The notes under the pieces were generated by a model. The model worked only from the letters and a program-made list of their open reading frames with translations, had not been told where the DNA came from and made no database searches. DNA of 64,000 nucleotides from Acidimicrobiales bacterium (lineage in GTDB: Bacteria; Actinomycetota; Acidimicrobiia; Acidimicrobiales; Aldehydirespiratoraceae). Position 1 is the first letter of the stretch. Each line of letters begins with the position of its first letter. The DNA lies in contig JAKZTU010000010.1 in the NCBI GenBank assembly GCA_047516945.1, positions 5,782-69,781 on the forward strand. Direction: 5' to 3'. Shown here one piece after another: positions 55,587 through 64,000 of the stretch. Both the position numbers and the translations under genes were made by a program.

Positions 55587-56645
55587 ATGAACAAAATCGT
55601 TGTCACGGGCGCGGCAGGAGACGTTGGGGCGCGGGTCGTAGCGAAACTAACCAGCGCGCAGCCGCGCTTTGACGTGCTAGCGGTTGACCGAACGAAACTG
55701 CCCTCGCTGCCACCGGGAGTCGAGATCAAGCGGGTTGATCTGGAGTTCGCAGACCTCAGATCCTTGTTTTGTGATGCCGATACAGTCGTGCATCTGAGTT
55801 CTCGGGGTACTCCGGGTAAAACAAATCCTAAATCTGATGAGTTGGACTTGCTGATAGCCAAGCGGATCCTGGACGCAGCGGCGGATTGCCGGGTCGGTCA
55901 GCTCGTGCTTCTGTCAACGGCGTTGGTCTATGGCGCTCGTACCGCCAACCCGATTCCGCTAACCGAGGACGCTCCATTACGCCCCAACCCCGACTTCTCG
56001 TGGGCTGTAGCGCGAGCGGAGATCGAAAAGATGACAGCTGAATGGAAGACAGCTCATCGGTCCACAGCGGTTTCGGTTTTGCGTCCAACAGCAATCGTTA
56101 CCGACGACGATTTGGGGCAATTAGCCCGGGTGCTTCATAGCGCTCGACTTGGAGTTGCTGCCGATGGCGACCCCCCCGTGCAGTACCTCCACATTGATGA
56201 CCTGGTCAGTGCGGTAATGACCGCGGTTGTGTGTCGTGCTGACGGCCCGTTGAATGTTGCACCCGATGGTTGGATTCCACCTGACTCGCTCCGTGATCTC
56301 GAAGGACCCAAACCGAGACTGCGTGTCCCGTTGTGGATGGCTCGAGGTCTTGCCGCTGTCCGGTGGCAGGCGGGACTGGCTCCTATTCCGCCCGGTGTCG
56401 TGCCCTACACGTCGCATTCTTGGGTGATCGCCAGTGATCGCCTTCGAGCGCTCGGTTGGGAGCCGGCTTACTCAAATGAGGAAGCATGGGTTGTTTCGCA
56501 CAATCCGGGTCCACTTGATTGGGTGTCGGCGCGTCGGCGTCAAGAGTTGGCTTTGGCGATCGCGGCGTTGGGAGTACTGGGAGGACTCGGGGTTTTGGTG
56601 TGGTTGTTGCGGCGAGTAAGCAGAGTCCGCCGCACCGGAGCGTGA
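55587..56645 (+). CDS. NAD-dependent epimerase/dehydratase (extended SDR) with C-terminal TM anchor
   Basis: Rossmann 'KIVVTGAAGDVGARVV' and C-terminal 'LALAIAALGVLGGLGVLVWLL'. Confidence 0.7.
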   Translation: MNKIVVTGAAGDVGARVVAKLTSAQPRFDVLAVDRTKLPSLPPGVEIKRVDLEFADLRSLFCDADTVVHLSSRGTPGKTNPKSDELDLLIAKRILDAAADCRVGQLVLLSTALVYGARTANPIPLTEDAPLRPNPDFSWAVARAEIEKMTAEWKTAHRSTAVSVLRPTAIVTDDDLGQLARVLHSARLGVAADGDPPVQYLHIDDLVSAVMTAVVCRADGPLNVAPDGWIPPDSLRDLEGPKPRLRVPLWMARGLAAVRWQAGLAPIPPGVVPYTSHSWVIASDRLRALGWEPAYSNEEAWVVSHNPGPLDWVSARRRQELALAIAALGVLGGLGVLVWLLRRVSRVRRTGA

Positions 56646-56677
56646 CGGACCCAGGGTTGGAGCCGTACCATTACAGA

Positions 56678-57160
56678 ATGCCGACTCATGGAATGCTCGC
56701 TCCGCCAACCGACTCCGATACTTGGCTGGGACTGACCGAAGAAACGCTTCCGGTGGGTCAAGCCGTCGATTGGGCGGTACTTCCCAGTTGCGGTGCAGTT
56801 GTCTTGTTCAGTGGAACAGCTAGAGATCATGCTGAGGGGCGAGAATGCGTTGAACGGCTCGAATACGAAGCTTATGATCGCTATGTTGTGCCGATACTAG
56901 AAGAGATCGCTGGGCAAATGCGTCAGAGATGGTCCGCTCCGGGGAGGATTGTGCTCTTGCATCGAGTGGGCGTGGTGAAGCTGGGTGAGTCGTCGGTTGT
57001 GGTGGTGGCCTCGTCTCCTCACCGACCTGAGGCGTTTGCTGCGGCCCGCTATGGAATCGACGCCCTCAAAGCAACCGTGCCGATTTGGAAGAGGGAGATT
57101 TGGGCTGACGGTGAGTCTTGGGGACTTGAAGCGCAACATTTGACAAAGCTCGACTCATGA
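56678..57160 (+). CDS. moaE: molybdopterin synthase catalytic subunit
   Basis: 'GAVVLFSGTARDH', 'LEYEAY', 'VVVVASSPHR.EAF', 'LKATVPIWKRE'. Confidence 0.85.
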   Translation: MPTHGMLAPPTDSDTWLGLTEETLPVGQAVDWAVLPSCGAVVLFSGTARDHAEGRECVERLEYEAYDRYVVPILEEIAGQMRQRWSAPGRIVLLHRVGVVKLGESSVVVVASSPHRPEAFAAARYGIDALKATVPIWKREIWADGESWGLEAQHLTKLDS

Positions 57161-57378
57161 GTAGCGCAGTCGGTTTTCTCGTGGTGGCCGTTGCGATTGC
57201 GATCGTAGGTTCACTGATTCTGTGGTTGTGGCATCGTGCCAGGACGACGGCCCCGCCTACTTTCGGTGAGTATCTGAGAGTGCTCGCTCCGCGTAATAGC
57301 TCACCAACGGTTGAACAACCAACCGGGATCGTCCCATTTGACCCCGATTCTGGCGAGGAGTTGAGTTCTGGCACGTGA
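57157..57378 (+). CDS. small single-TM protein
   Basis: 73 aa with an N-terminal TM and ATGA overlap with moaE. Its stop lies inside the mreB start region. Confidence 0.4.
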   Translation: MSSAVGFLVVAVAIAIVGSLILWLWHRARTTAPPTFGEYLRVLAPRNSSPTVEQPTGIVPFDPDSGEELSSGT

Positions 57379-58390
57379 CTTAGCGATCGACTTGGGCACC
57401 GCGAACACGCTGGTGTACGCCCGAGGGGAGGGCATCGTCTTGAACGAGCCGTCCGTGATCGCGGTGAATAGCCGCACCAAGAAGGTGCTCGCCACTGGCC
57501 GCGAAGCGTGGCAGATGATCGGGCGGACACCGAGCCATATCGTGGCGGTACGCCCTCTTCGTCAAGGCGCGATCACCGATTTCGATGTTACGCAGCGGAT
57601 GATCCGTCTTCTCTTGCAGCGCGTGGGGGTAAGCCGCCTTAATCGCCCTCGCGTGGTGATTTGCGTGCCTTCTGCGATCACCGCTGTCGAACGACGGGCC
57701 GTAACCGATGCTGCCAGAGGAGCGGGAGCCGCTGATGCGCAACTCATTGAACAACCGGTCGCGGCTGCAATTGGTGTCGACCTTCCGATCAATGAACCGA
57801 TTGGCAACATGGTCGTTGACATCGGTGGTGGAACCACAGAAAGTGCCTTGCTGTCTCTTGGCGGAGTAGTTGCGCTTGAAGCGGTGCGGGTTGGCTCGTT
57901 CGACATCGACAGCGCGGTGCAGGCATATGTCCGCCGCCAGTATGGAATTGCGATCGGAGAGCGTACCGCGGAAGACATCAAGATTGTCTTGGGTTCGGCT
58001 GCTCCAACCGAAAACGAAGTCAACGCGGAGGTACGCGGTCGCGAAATGATGAGCGGATTGCCGAAGACCATCGTTTTGACGCCGATTGAGATCCGCAGGG
58101 CGATAGAGGAGCCGGTTGCGGCGATGGTCGATTCGGTGCTCTCCTGTCTTGCTCAGGCGCCGCCTGAACTCGCTCAGGACCTCATTGTGCAGGGTATTCA
58201 CTTGGTGGGTGGCGGTGGAATGTTGAGGGGCATGGATCAGAGGCTGTCTCGCGAGACAAATGTTCCGGTGCAGTTGGTGCAGTCCCCGCTTGAAGCCGTT
58301 GCCTTTGGAGCGGGTCGGGTGATTGAGCACTACGAGTCAGTTCAGGTGATGTTCATGAAGGCTGGGGGCGCTGACAGGCGAGGTCGCTGA
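57368..58390 (+). CDS. mreB: rod-shape-determining actin homologue MreB (start codon unclear)
   Basis: 'DLAIDLGTANTLVY', 'VVDIGGGTTE', 'HLVGGGGMLRG'. The conserved DLAID lies upstream of the first TTG (57392). Only CTG 57368 is available after the in-frame TGA at 57362. Confidence 0.85.
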   Translation: MARDLAIDLGTANTLVYARGEGIVLNEPSVIAVNSRTKKVLATGREAWQMIGRTPSHIVAVRPLRQGAITDFDVTQRMIRLLLQRVGVSRLNRPRVVICVPSAITAVERRAVTDAARGAGAADAQLIEQPVAAAIGVDLPINEPIGNMVVDIGGGTTESALLSLGGVVALEAVRVGSFDIDSAVQAYVRRQYGIAIGERTAEDIKIVLGSAAPTENEVNAEVRGREMMSGLPKTIVLTPIEIRRAIEEPVAAMVDSVLSCLAQAPPELAQDLIVQGIHLVGGGGMLRGMDQRLSRETNVPVQLVQSPLEAVAFGAGRVIEHYESVQVMFMKAGGADRRGR

Positions 58391-58404
58391 GGACATCGGT
58401 CCTT

Positions 58405-58432
58405 TCTCGTCAGTCCTCTCTCGTCAGTCCTC
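58405..58432. repeat. perfect 14-nt tandem duplication at the convergent mreB / HEAT-gene junction
   Basis: tctcgtcagtcctc at 58405-58418 and again at 58419-58432. The second copy contains the HEAT-gene stop codon. Confidence 0.9.
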
Positions 58433-59032
58433 TTCGACGGGTCCCAGCAGTTCTTCGACTGCGTCGCGGACTTGGCGGTCGCGATCTTTTCGTGCTCGTT
58501 GGTAGGCAGCGGAGACTTCGGGACCTTCAAACGCGGCCAGCGCGATGATAGCCCTGCGTCGAACCGCCACTTTGTCCTGGGTCGCATCAAGGATCGCGGG
58601 CAGGCCTCGATCATCTCCGATAGCCCCGAGCGCGGCAACGGCGCTCTCCCGAGCAAGCGGATCGTGGTGATTGCGAGCGACTTGCGACAGCTGATCGATA
58701 ATCGTTTCGCTGGCTGTCTCACGTTCCCCGAGCGCCCACGCGGCGGTTTCCACAACCGTCGAATCTCCGTCGTTCAGTAGGTGCTCCAGCATTGGTTGTG
58801 CATGGTTGGCTGCTATTTCGATCGCCGCGATGCGAACCGTTGGTTCGGTGTCGTTGAGGGCTTTAGTAAGCTGCTCTTCGGTCGTGACTTCAAGCCTCGC
58901 GAGAGAGCGAAGCGCGGCGATACGTACCTTCGGATCGGGATCGATTTGAGCCGCCTCGGCTGTGCCGATGTCGCCGCGATATCCGGCCAACGCCGCAACT
59001 CGTCGTCGTTGCGCAGCCTTGGACCCCGTCAT
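58424..59032 (-). CDS. HEAT-repeat protein
   Basis: Repeated 'D.DP.VR.AA..AL' units (e.g. 'DPDPKVRIAALRSL', 'DTEPTVRIAAIEIA', 'DKVAVRRRAIIAL'). Confidence 0.6.
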   Translation of the reverse strand: MTGSKAAQRRRVAALAGYRGDIGTAEAAQIDPDPKVRIAALRSLARLEVTTEEQLTKALNDTEPTVRIAAIEIAANHAQPMLEHLLNDGDSTVVETAAWALGERETASETIIDQLSQVARNHHDPLARESAVAALGAIGDDRGLPAILDATQDKVAVRRRAIIALAAFEGPEVSAAYQRARKDRDRQVRDAVEELLGPVEED

Positions 59033-59037
59033 GATGG

Positions 59038-59472
59038 TCAGGAGATCGCGTTCTCCAACAAGAACGCGAGCCCAACAACGATGACGCCAATCACAACGGC
59101 CACAGCGATACCCAAACCTACGACGATCGCGGCTAGCACTATCAGCGAACGCAGACGTTGCCAGAGTCGAACATATGCCTTGGGTCCGACAACGGGACGC
59201 TCCACCGTTCGCCGCAAGATTCCCACGGCTCGCAGTGAACTCACGACCAGGTCGGATGGCTGGTTGTGGCGGGGTCCTGAGTGTTCATCACCACGGTTTG
59301 AAGTGGCTAACCAGACGGCGAGCCGGATGGATTCTAGTTGGGTCGGGCGATGCGCACTGTCATAGTTGGTTGTGGCTTTGGCAGGCTGAAGTCTCAATTG
59401 TGGTCGCGCAGCGCGGCCAATAAGATCTACCGTCGCTAGGACGAACACAAACACGATGAATGAGGTGAGCAC
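59038..59472 (-). CDS. hypothetical membrane protein
   Basis: N- and C-terminal hydrophobic helices, 5 nt upstream of the HEAT gene. No family recognised. Confidence 0.4.
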   Translation of the reverse strand: MLTSFIVFVFVLATVDLIGRAARPQLRLQPAKATTNYDSAHRPTQLESIRLAVWLATSNRGDEHSGPRHNQPSDLVVSSLRAVGILRRTVERPVVGPKAYVRLWQRLRSLIVLAAIVVGLGIAVAVVIGVIVVGLAFLLENAIS

Positions 59473-60628
59473 GTCCGTTCCAATGCTACAGGACGACCTG
59501 GAAGGCTCGACGCCGGGTCACGATGTGGCGGTGCCTGCACGCCGGCAACGGCGCCGCTCCTGGTTGAAACGGGGCTTGTGGGGATTGCTGACGGCGATCG
59601 TGCTCTTTGGAGCGTCTTTGGTCGTTTCGGCTCAAACACTGGGGCGGGTCATTCCGGGCCAGGCGCTCGTTGACAAGGGAGCGGCAGTCACGAGGCCCGG
59701 GTCGGCACGACCCGTCAGCGACCGAGTGGAGATCGAGGGGCACCGTGTGTTCCGGCCCGAAGGCGACTTTCTTTTTACCACCGTTGCGGTTGATTTAGAT
59801 GTTTCGGTGTTCGAGTGGATTGAGTCTGAGATCAATGACGACTTTGAGTTACAACCGTTGGAACACATTCTGGGTGACCGAACTCCGCAAGAGAATCGGA
59901 CCCGCAACCTCGAAATGATGAGCCGCTCCAAAGACGATGCGATTACTGCTGCTTTGGAGCATCTAGGGGTGCCAGTCAACGAAACCGGCGTGGGGTTCAA
60001 CGTCATCGTCAGTGGTGGCCCGGTTGATGGCCTGCTGACGGTCGGTGATGTCATCGTTGCGGTTGATGGTGTCGAGATTGATTCGCTGCAATCACTGCGT
60101 GATGAACTGACCAACAAGATTCCCGGGGAGACCGGCATTGTGACCGTGGAAAACAGCGACACGGTTGAAATACGAGATGTCTCGATTGTCTGGGGTGAAC
60201 ACCCCGAGGGGCTCGAGGGCGCTTATATCGGTATTGGCGAGATCGTCCCGCGGATTGAGGATCTGTCGATGGCGATTGATGTAAGTATTGACACTGGTTC
60301 AACCGGTGGACCGTCAGCCGGACTCGCTTTCGCGCTTGCCATCATCGACTCGTTGACCGAGGGTGAACTCACCGGGAACCAGCGAATCGCGGTCACGGGC
60401 CAGATCTTTGTGGGAGGGGTAGTTGGCAATGTCGGCGGTGTTGGTCAAAAAGCTGTGGCGGCACGCTCCGCTGGGGCAGTTGCCTTCATTGTCCCCGAAG
60501 GCTTGCTTGAAGATGCACAAGCCCAAGCCGGCGATATGAGAGTCTTCGGGGTGTCGACTCTTGACGAGGCGATAGAGGCTCTTGCCGAACTCGGTGGCGA
60601 CACCGACGACCTCCACCTCGACTTGTAG
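59456..60628 (+). CDS. PDZ domain protein with Lon-like (S16) C-terminal protease domain (YlbL / Rv3194c type)
   Basis: N-terminal TM, PDZ region 'LTVGDVIVAVDG', Lon catalytic serine context 'TGGPSAGLAFALAI'. Confidence 0.75.
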   Translation: MNEVSTSVPMLQDDLEGSTPGHDVAVPARRQRRRSWLKRGLWGLLTAIVLFGASLVVSAQTLGRVIPGQALVDKGAAVTRPGSARPVSDRVEIEGHRVFRPEGDFLFTTVAVDLDVSVFEWIESEINDDFELQPLEHILGDRTPQENRTRNLEMMSRSKDDAITAALEHLGVPVNETGVGFNVIVSGGPVDGLLTVGDVIVAVDGVEIDSLQSLRDELTNKIPGETGIVTVENSDTVEIRDVSIVWGEHPEGLEGAYIGIGEIVPRIEDLSMAIDVSIDTGSTGGPSAGLAFALAIIDSLTEGELTGNQRIAVTGQIFVGGVVGNVGGVGQKAVAARSAGAVAFIVPEGLLEDAQAQAGDMRVFGVSTLDEAIEALAELGGDTDDLHLDL

Positions 60629-60709
60629 AAATGGCTCACTAAGAACCGAGTTGGTTGAGAACTGATCGTTGGGGTATTCCCCAATAGTGCTAGCCCGGCT
60701 CCTACGATA

Positions 60710-62545
60710 TTGGGCGTGACCGAGACGCCGGACGCCGAGCCTGAGAGCGCGCCCCTAACCAGTGATTCGCTCAGCGATGAGGCGATCGACCCGGGTGACC
60801 TTGAGTTGAGGTCTTTTCCGATCACGAGGCGGGGGTTCGACCCCACCGAGGTGCGTTCCCAGCTTCAAGCAGCGGCATCAGAGATCCGTCGACTACAACG
60901 TCTCTGCAACGAATTGAGCGGGAGGCTGACCGAATCCCAACAAGCCGGTCGGGGCGATACGGATGCACGACGGGTCACCGAGATACTCGGAGTCGAAGTG
61001 AGCAGCGTGCTTGAGGCAGCTCACAACGCAGCAGCAAGTCGGATTGAGAGAGCTGAAAGCGAAGCTGAGGCGATGAGCCACGAGGCGCGCTCTGCTGTTG
61101 AATCTGTGCTTGCAGACGCCACCGCCCAATCCACTGAGCTAGTAGCGTCGGCGCGGCTTGAAGCTGAGGAAATCGTTGAAGAAAGTCGCAATCATGGCCG
61201 TGAGATGGTCAATGAGGCCCAGACGGTAAGAGAGCGCATGTTGCGCGATCTTGCCCGAAAGCGACAGACCGGCCGTACCCAGATCGAGCAACTTCGAGCC
61301 GGGCGGGATCGGCTACTCGATGCTTTGACCACGGTTCAAACCAGTCTCGATACAGCTATCGAAGATTTGGTGACTTCTGTGCCCGAGGCCCGCACGGCCG
61401 CGAATCGCGCCGGCCTGCGGATTTCTTCAGAACCTACGCCCACTACCGATGATCTTGAGGCTGAAATCGAAGCGGGCAGGTTGGTGGGGCATCCATTGGT
61501 CGCCGATTCCCCGCTCCCCGGGCCGATCAGTGACACCTTCACGACCGGTGAAATGGAGGCTCTGGACCATCTAGATGCTCTCAGTGTCAACACCGAGGAT
61601 ACCGCTGCGGACGAGTCCGGGGCTGACGAATCCGCTGAGTTGTCACAACCCGAAGCGGAACCCGACCCGCAACCCGAACATGAACCCCGCTCAGAAGTCG
61701 AAGCAGAGGCCGAAGCCGAAATAGAAGCAGAAGGCGAAGCAGAGTCAGAATCCGAATCTGTTTCCGAGACCGATAGCGACGACCTTCCCCGAAACGCCAG
61801 AGACGTTTTTGCTCGTCTACGCTCTTCGCGAGCAGCAACCGAGTCGGAGTCTGCTCCCGAGCAGGTCGCAGAGCCTCCCCAGAGTTCGAAGTCCGAGGCC
61901 AGCGGAGATCCTGAGCCCACCGCCGACGCAATGGCTGATTCAAACGGTGCCGTTCGCAAACGCGCGGCCGACGCGGCGGCAAGAGCCATGAAGAAGGTTC
62001 TGGTTGAAGAGCAGGGTTCATTGCTTGACGGAATCCGGTGCAGCGGAGCGGCTGCAATGACTAGTTTCGACGAAGAAGCAAGACACAATGCTTCATACGA
62101 TGAAGCCGCTATTCCAGCCCTCCGAGAACAGTGCGTCTCGCTTGGCGGCCCTACGGAACTCGACCTGACGCCAGCGCTGGCCAACATTCATGTGATCGCA
62201 CTTGAGCCTGTACGACGACGGCTCGCGAACATCGCTGAGCAATTTGACGGCGAAGAAGAACTCTCCGACGCGGTTCGAGCGCTGTATCGTGAGGCCCGTT
62301 CTCGGCACCTGAACGATGCCGCTTCGGCGGCTTCGGTCGCAGTCGATGGCCTCGTCAAGATCGACAAAGCCCACCAAGACAAGGCCAATCGAACAGTGCG
62401 CTGGGTGGTAAACGCTGACGGTTCCTGCGGTGCGGATTGTGCAGACAATGTCTTGGCTGGCGAAGTGGTCGCCGGCGACAAGTTCCCGACCGGTGACCGA
62501 TTTCCTCCAGCCCATCCCATGTGCACCTGCCAACTCGAGGTCTAG
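60710..62545 (+). CDS. DivIVA-domain protein with long coiled-coil, acidic repeat region and a MuF-like C-terminal Cys motif
   Basis: DivIVA N-terminal motif 'FPITRRGFDPTEVRSQL'. Glu/Ala/Ser-rich stretch 'EVEAEAEAEIEAEGEAESESES'. C-terminus 'CGADCADNVLAGEVV..FPPAHPMCTCQL'. Confidence 0.7.
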   Translation: MGVTETPDAEPESAPLTSDSLSDEAIDPGDLELRSFPITRRGFDPTEVRSQLQAAASEIRRLQRLCNELSGRLTESQQAGRGDTDARRVTEILGVEVSSVLEAAHNAAASRIERAESEAEAMSHEARSAVESVLADATAQSTELVASARLEAEEIVEESRNHGREMVNEAQTVRERMLRDLARKRQTGRTQIEQLRAGRDRLLDALTTVQTSLDTAIEDLVTSVPEARTAANRAGLRISSEPTPTTDDLEAEIEAGRLVGHPLVADSPLPGPISDTFTTGEMEALDHLDALSVNTEDTAADESGADESAELSQPEAEPDPQPEHEPRSEVEAEAEAEIEAEGEAESESESVSETDSDDLPRNARDVFARLRSSRAATESESAPEQVAEPPQSSKSEASGDPEPTADAMADSNGAVRKRAADAAARAMKKVLVEEQGSLLDGIRCSGAAAMTSFDEEARHNASYDEAAIPALREQCVSLGGPTELDLTPALANIHVIALEPVRRRLANIAEQFDGEEELSDAVRALYREARSRHLNDAASAASVAVDGLVKIDKAHQDKANRTVRWVVNADGSCGADCADNVLAGEVVAGDKFPTGDRFPPAHPMCTCQLEV

Positions 62546-62598
62546 GAACTGATCGGGTAAGCCATCGGCTGATTGAGTTGTTGGTTCAATAGCTGGAT

Positions 62599-62631
62599 GA
62601 TTAGCTGAATTACTGCCTGATTCAGCTAATC
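62599..62631. other. AT-rich perfect 12-bp inverted repeat (hairpin or operator) between the DivIVA-like gene and UPF0182
   Basis: gattagctgaat (62599-62610) / attcagctaatc (62620-62631) with a 9-nt loop, set in a locally low-GC patch. Confidence 0.6.
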
Positions 62632-62670
62632 AGGTTCGGCTCAGGTTTCGGGACGCTAGCCTCAGGTCCG

Positions 62671-64000
62671 ATGACTGACGTTGAGGACATAATTAACCCA
62701 AGGGCTGGACGGTTTCGTCGCAAAGGACGGTTTATCGCCTTAGGAGTCGTGGTTGCTTTGCTGTTCGGACTCTTGTCGCTGCGCGGAGTCGCCAGTTTCT
62801 ACACCGATTACCTGTGGTTCGATGCGCTCAACCGTGCCTCGGTCTGGCGCCAGGTGCTCGCTGCCAAGGTCATTCTGACGCTGATATTCGGCGCGGTCTT
62901 CTTCGCGCTGATGTGGCTGAACCTCTTCATCTCCGATCGCAGCGCGCCCACGCACAGACCTCCGGGGCCTGAAGAAGAGTTGATCTCCCGGTACCACGCC
63001 ACGGTCGGGGGGCGTTACTTCTTGTTGCGCACGGCCCTTTCGTTCTTCTTTGCGCTGATGGCCGCGGCGGGAGTGCCGAGCCAGTGGGAAGAATGGCTGC
63101 TTTTTGTAAACCGCAAGGAGTTCGGGATTCCCGATCCTCAGTTCGGTGCCGACATCGGATTTTATGTCTTCCAACTCCCGTTCTTGAGCTATGTGGTCGG
63201 CTGGGCCTTCGCGGCTTTCGTGATCCTGCTGATCGTTACCGCGATCTCGCATTACCTCAACGGATCGGTTCGCATCAGTGTGATCGGAGGCGAACGAGCC
63301 AAACCGATCGTGAAAGTGCATCTCTCAGCGATTTTGGCGGTCCTGGCCGTCATCAAAGCATTGGACTACTGGCTGGCCCGATATGAGCTGACGACATCTA
63401 CTCGCGGTGTCCTCGATGGAGCGTTCTACACCGATGTCAATGCGCAGATTCCAGCGTTGTACTTGCTGATGGCAATCTCGTTGTGTGCAGTCGTCTTGTT
63501 GGTTGTCAACTTGTGGCGACGGGGGTGGACTCTTCCGGTACTTGCTATTGGGCTCTGGGCGTTTGTGGCGATTGTGGTGGGTGGTATCTACCCGGCATTT
63601 GTGCAGAGGTTTCAGGTTGACCCCAACGAGACCGTCCGCGAAGCAGAATTCGCGGAACGCAACATCGAAGCCACCCGCAATGCTTTTGGTCTTGAGGACA
63701 TGGACGTCAACCCGTTCGATTATTCCGAGAATCTCACCGCTGATCAGATCCGCAACAACGCCGTGACTGTCCAGAATGCGCGAGTGCTTGATCCGGTCAC
63801 GGTTCATGCCACGTTTGAGCGCTTCCAAGCCGAACGCGGCTTCTATCGGTTCCTTGGTGAAGATGCGGTGCCGGGGAGCGGAGCACTGGAGCCGACGCTC
63901 GACACAGACCGTTATGTGGTCGATGGTGAACTGCGCCAAGTGATCATGGGAGCGCGCGAGTTGAAAGGTGAAGACTCAGCCAACTGGGAGCGACAACACG
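62671..64000 (+). CDS. UPF0182-family large membrane protein (Rv3193c-like), 3' end beyond the window
   Basis: Absent from the ORF track because no stop is reached. My manual translation from ATG 62671 gives 'FYTDYLWFDALNRASVWRQVL..', '..IYPAFVQRFQVDPNE..', open to nt 64000. Confidence 0.8.
   Translation, partial: MTDVEDIINPRAGRFRRKGRFIALGVVVALLFGLLSLRGVASFYTDYLWFDALNRASVWRQVLAAKVILTLIFGAVFFALMWLNLFISDRSAPTHRPPGPEEELISRYHATVGGRYFLLRTALSFFFALMAAAGVPSQWEEWLLFVNRKEFGIPDPQFGADIGFYVFQLPFLSYVVGWAFAAFVILLIVTAISHYLNGSVRISVIGGERAKPIVKVHLSAILAVLAVIKALDYWLARYELTTSTRGVLDGAFYTDVNAQIPALYLLMAISLCAVVLLVVNLWRRGWTLPVLAIGLWAFVAIVVGGIYPAFVQRFQVDPNETVREAEFAERNIEATRNAFGLEDMDVNPFDYSENLTADQIRNNAVTVQNARVLDPVTVHATFERFQAERGFYRFLGEDAVPGSGALEPTLDTDRYVVDGELRQVIMGARELKGEDSANWERQH

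Noticed and set aside
55532-55861. 110-aa N-terminal extension of the DUF2342 metalloprotease ORF, which overlaps the divergent SDR gene.
   Set aside because: The extension is Ser/Thr/Arg-rich and antisense to the SDR start region. The internal ATG at 55531 gives a compact gene with a 55-nt divergent spacer.
60669-60684. Hairpin TTGGGG-tatt-CCCCAA after the PDZ-Lon gene as an intrinsic terminator.
   Set aside because: The stem is only 6 bp and no U tract follows. It is noted but not strong enough to annotate.
62740-63939. Two minus-strand track ORFs (193 aa and 204 aa) as the coding content of the right end of the window.
   Set aside because: The + strand frame from ATG 62671 is open to the window end and encodes a convincing UPF0182 membrane protein. 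The minus ORFs are its antisense shadows.

Overview
High-GC (about 60-65% by eye) chromosomal segment of an actinobacterium. Supporting signs are two WhiB-family regulators, an LLM/F420-type oxidoreductase, a SenX3/RegX3-like pair, and a UPF0182 / PDZ-Lon / DUF2342 neighbourhood resembling M. tuberculosis Rv3193c-Rv3195. Most of the window is densely packed core metabolism. It holds pdxH, a CcdA/TlpA thiol-disulfide pair, and a WhiB7-like regulator. A seven-gene co-directional phosphate block (pstSCAB-phoU-HK-RR) sits behind a textbook PHO box. Further core genes are pcrA, sucCD, purH, plsC, icd, a heterodimeric ABC exporter, mdh, mscS, fpg/nei, sdhCAB, tag, tatA, ROK kinase-ppk-NUDIX, moaE, mreB, a DivIVA-domain protein and UPF0182 (which runs off the right edge). 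I saw no rRNA, tRNA, CRISPR array, transposase or integrase. The best candidate for an undescribed system is a translationally coupled two-gene cassette (17169-19054) wedged between purH and plsC. It pairs an ABC/SMC-type ATPase with a DUF4276/TOPRIM-like protein and has lower GC than its flanks, so it looks like a split OLD/PARIS-like defence module. Other points worth a second look: a MazEF-type TA pair just upstream of icd; a frameshifted PQ-loop (SemiSWEET-like) gene; and a perfect 31-bp tandem duplication across the mdh start codon. There is also a recurrent pattern of 14-42 nt tandem duplications in promoters, leaders and coding termini. The remaining points are a 470-bp structured non-coding gap downstream of sdhB, an AAA+ ATPase separated from its presumed VWA partner by about 3.9 kb, a truncated gene fragment overlapping tag, an mreB without a canonical start codon, and a DivIVA protein with a phage MuF-like C-terminal Cys motif. 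All calls rest on reading motifs and frames by eye. No database search was run.
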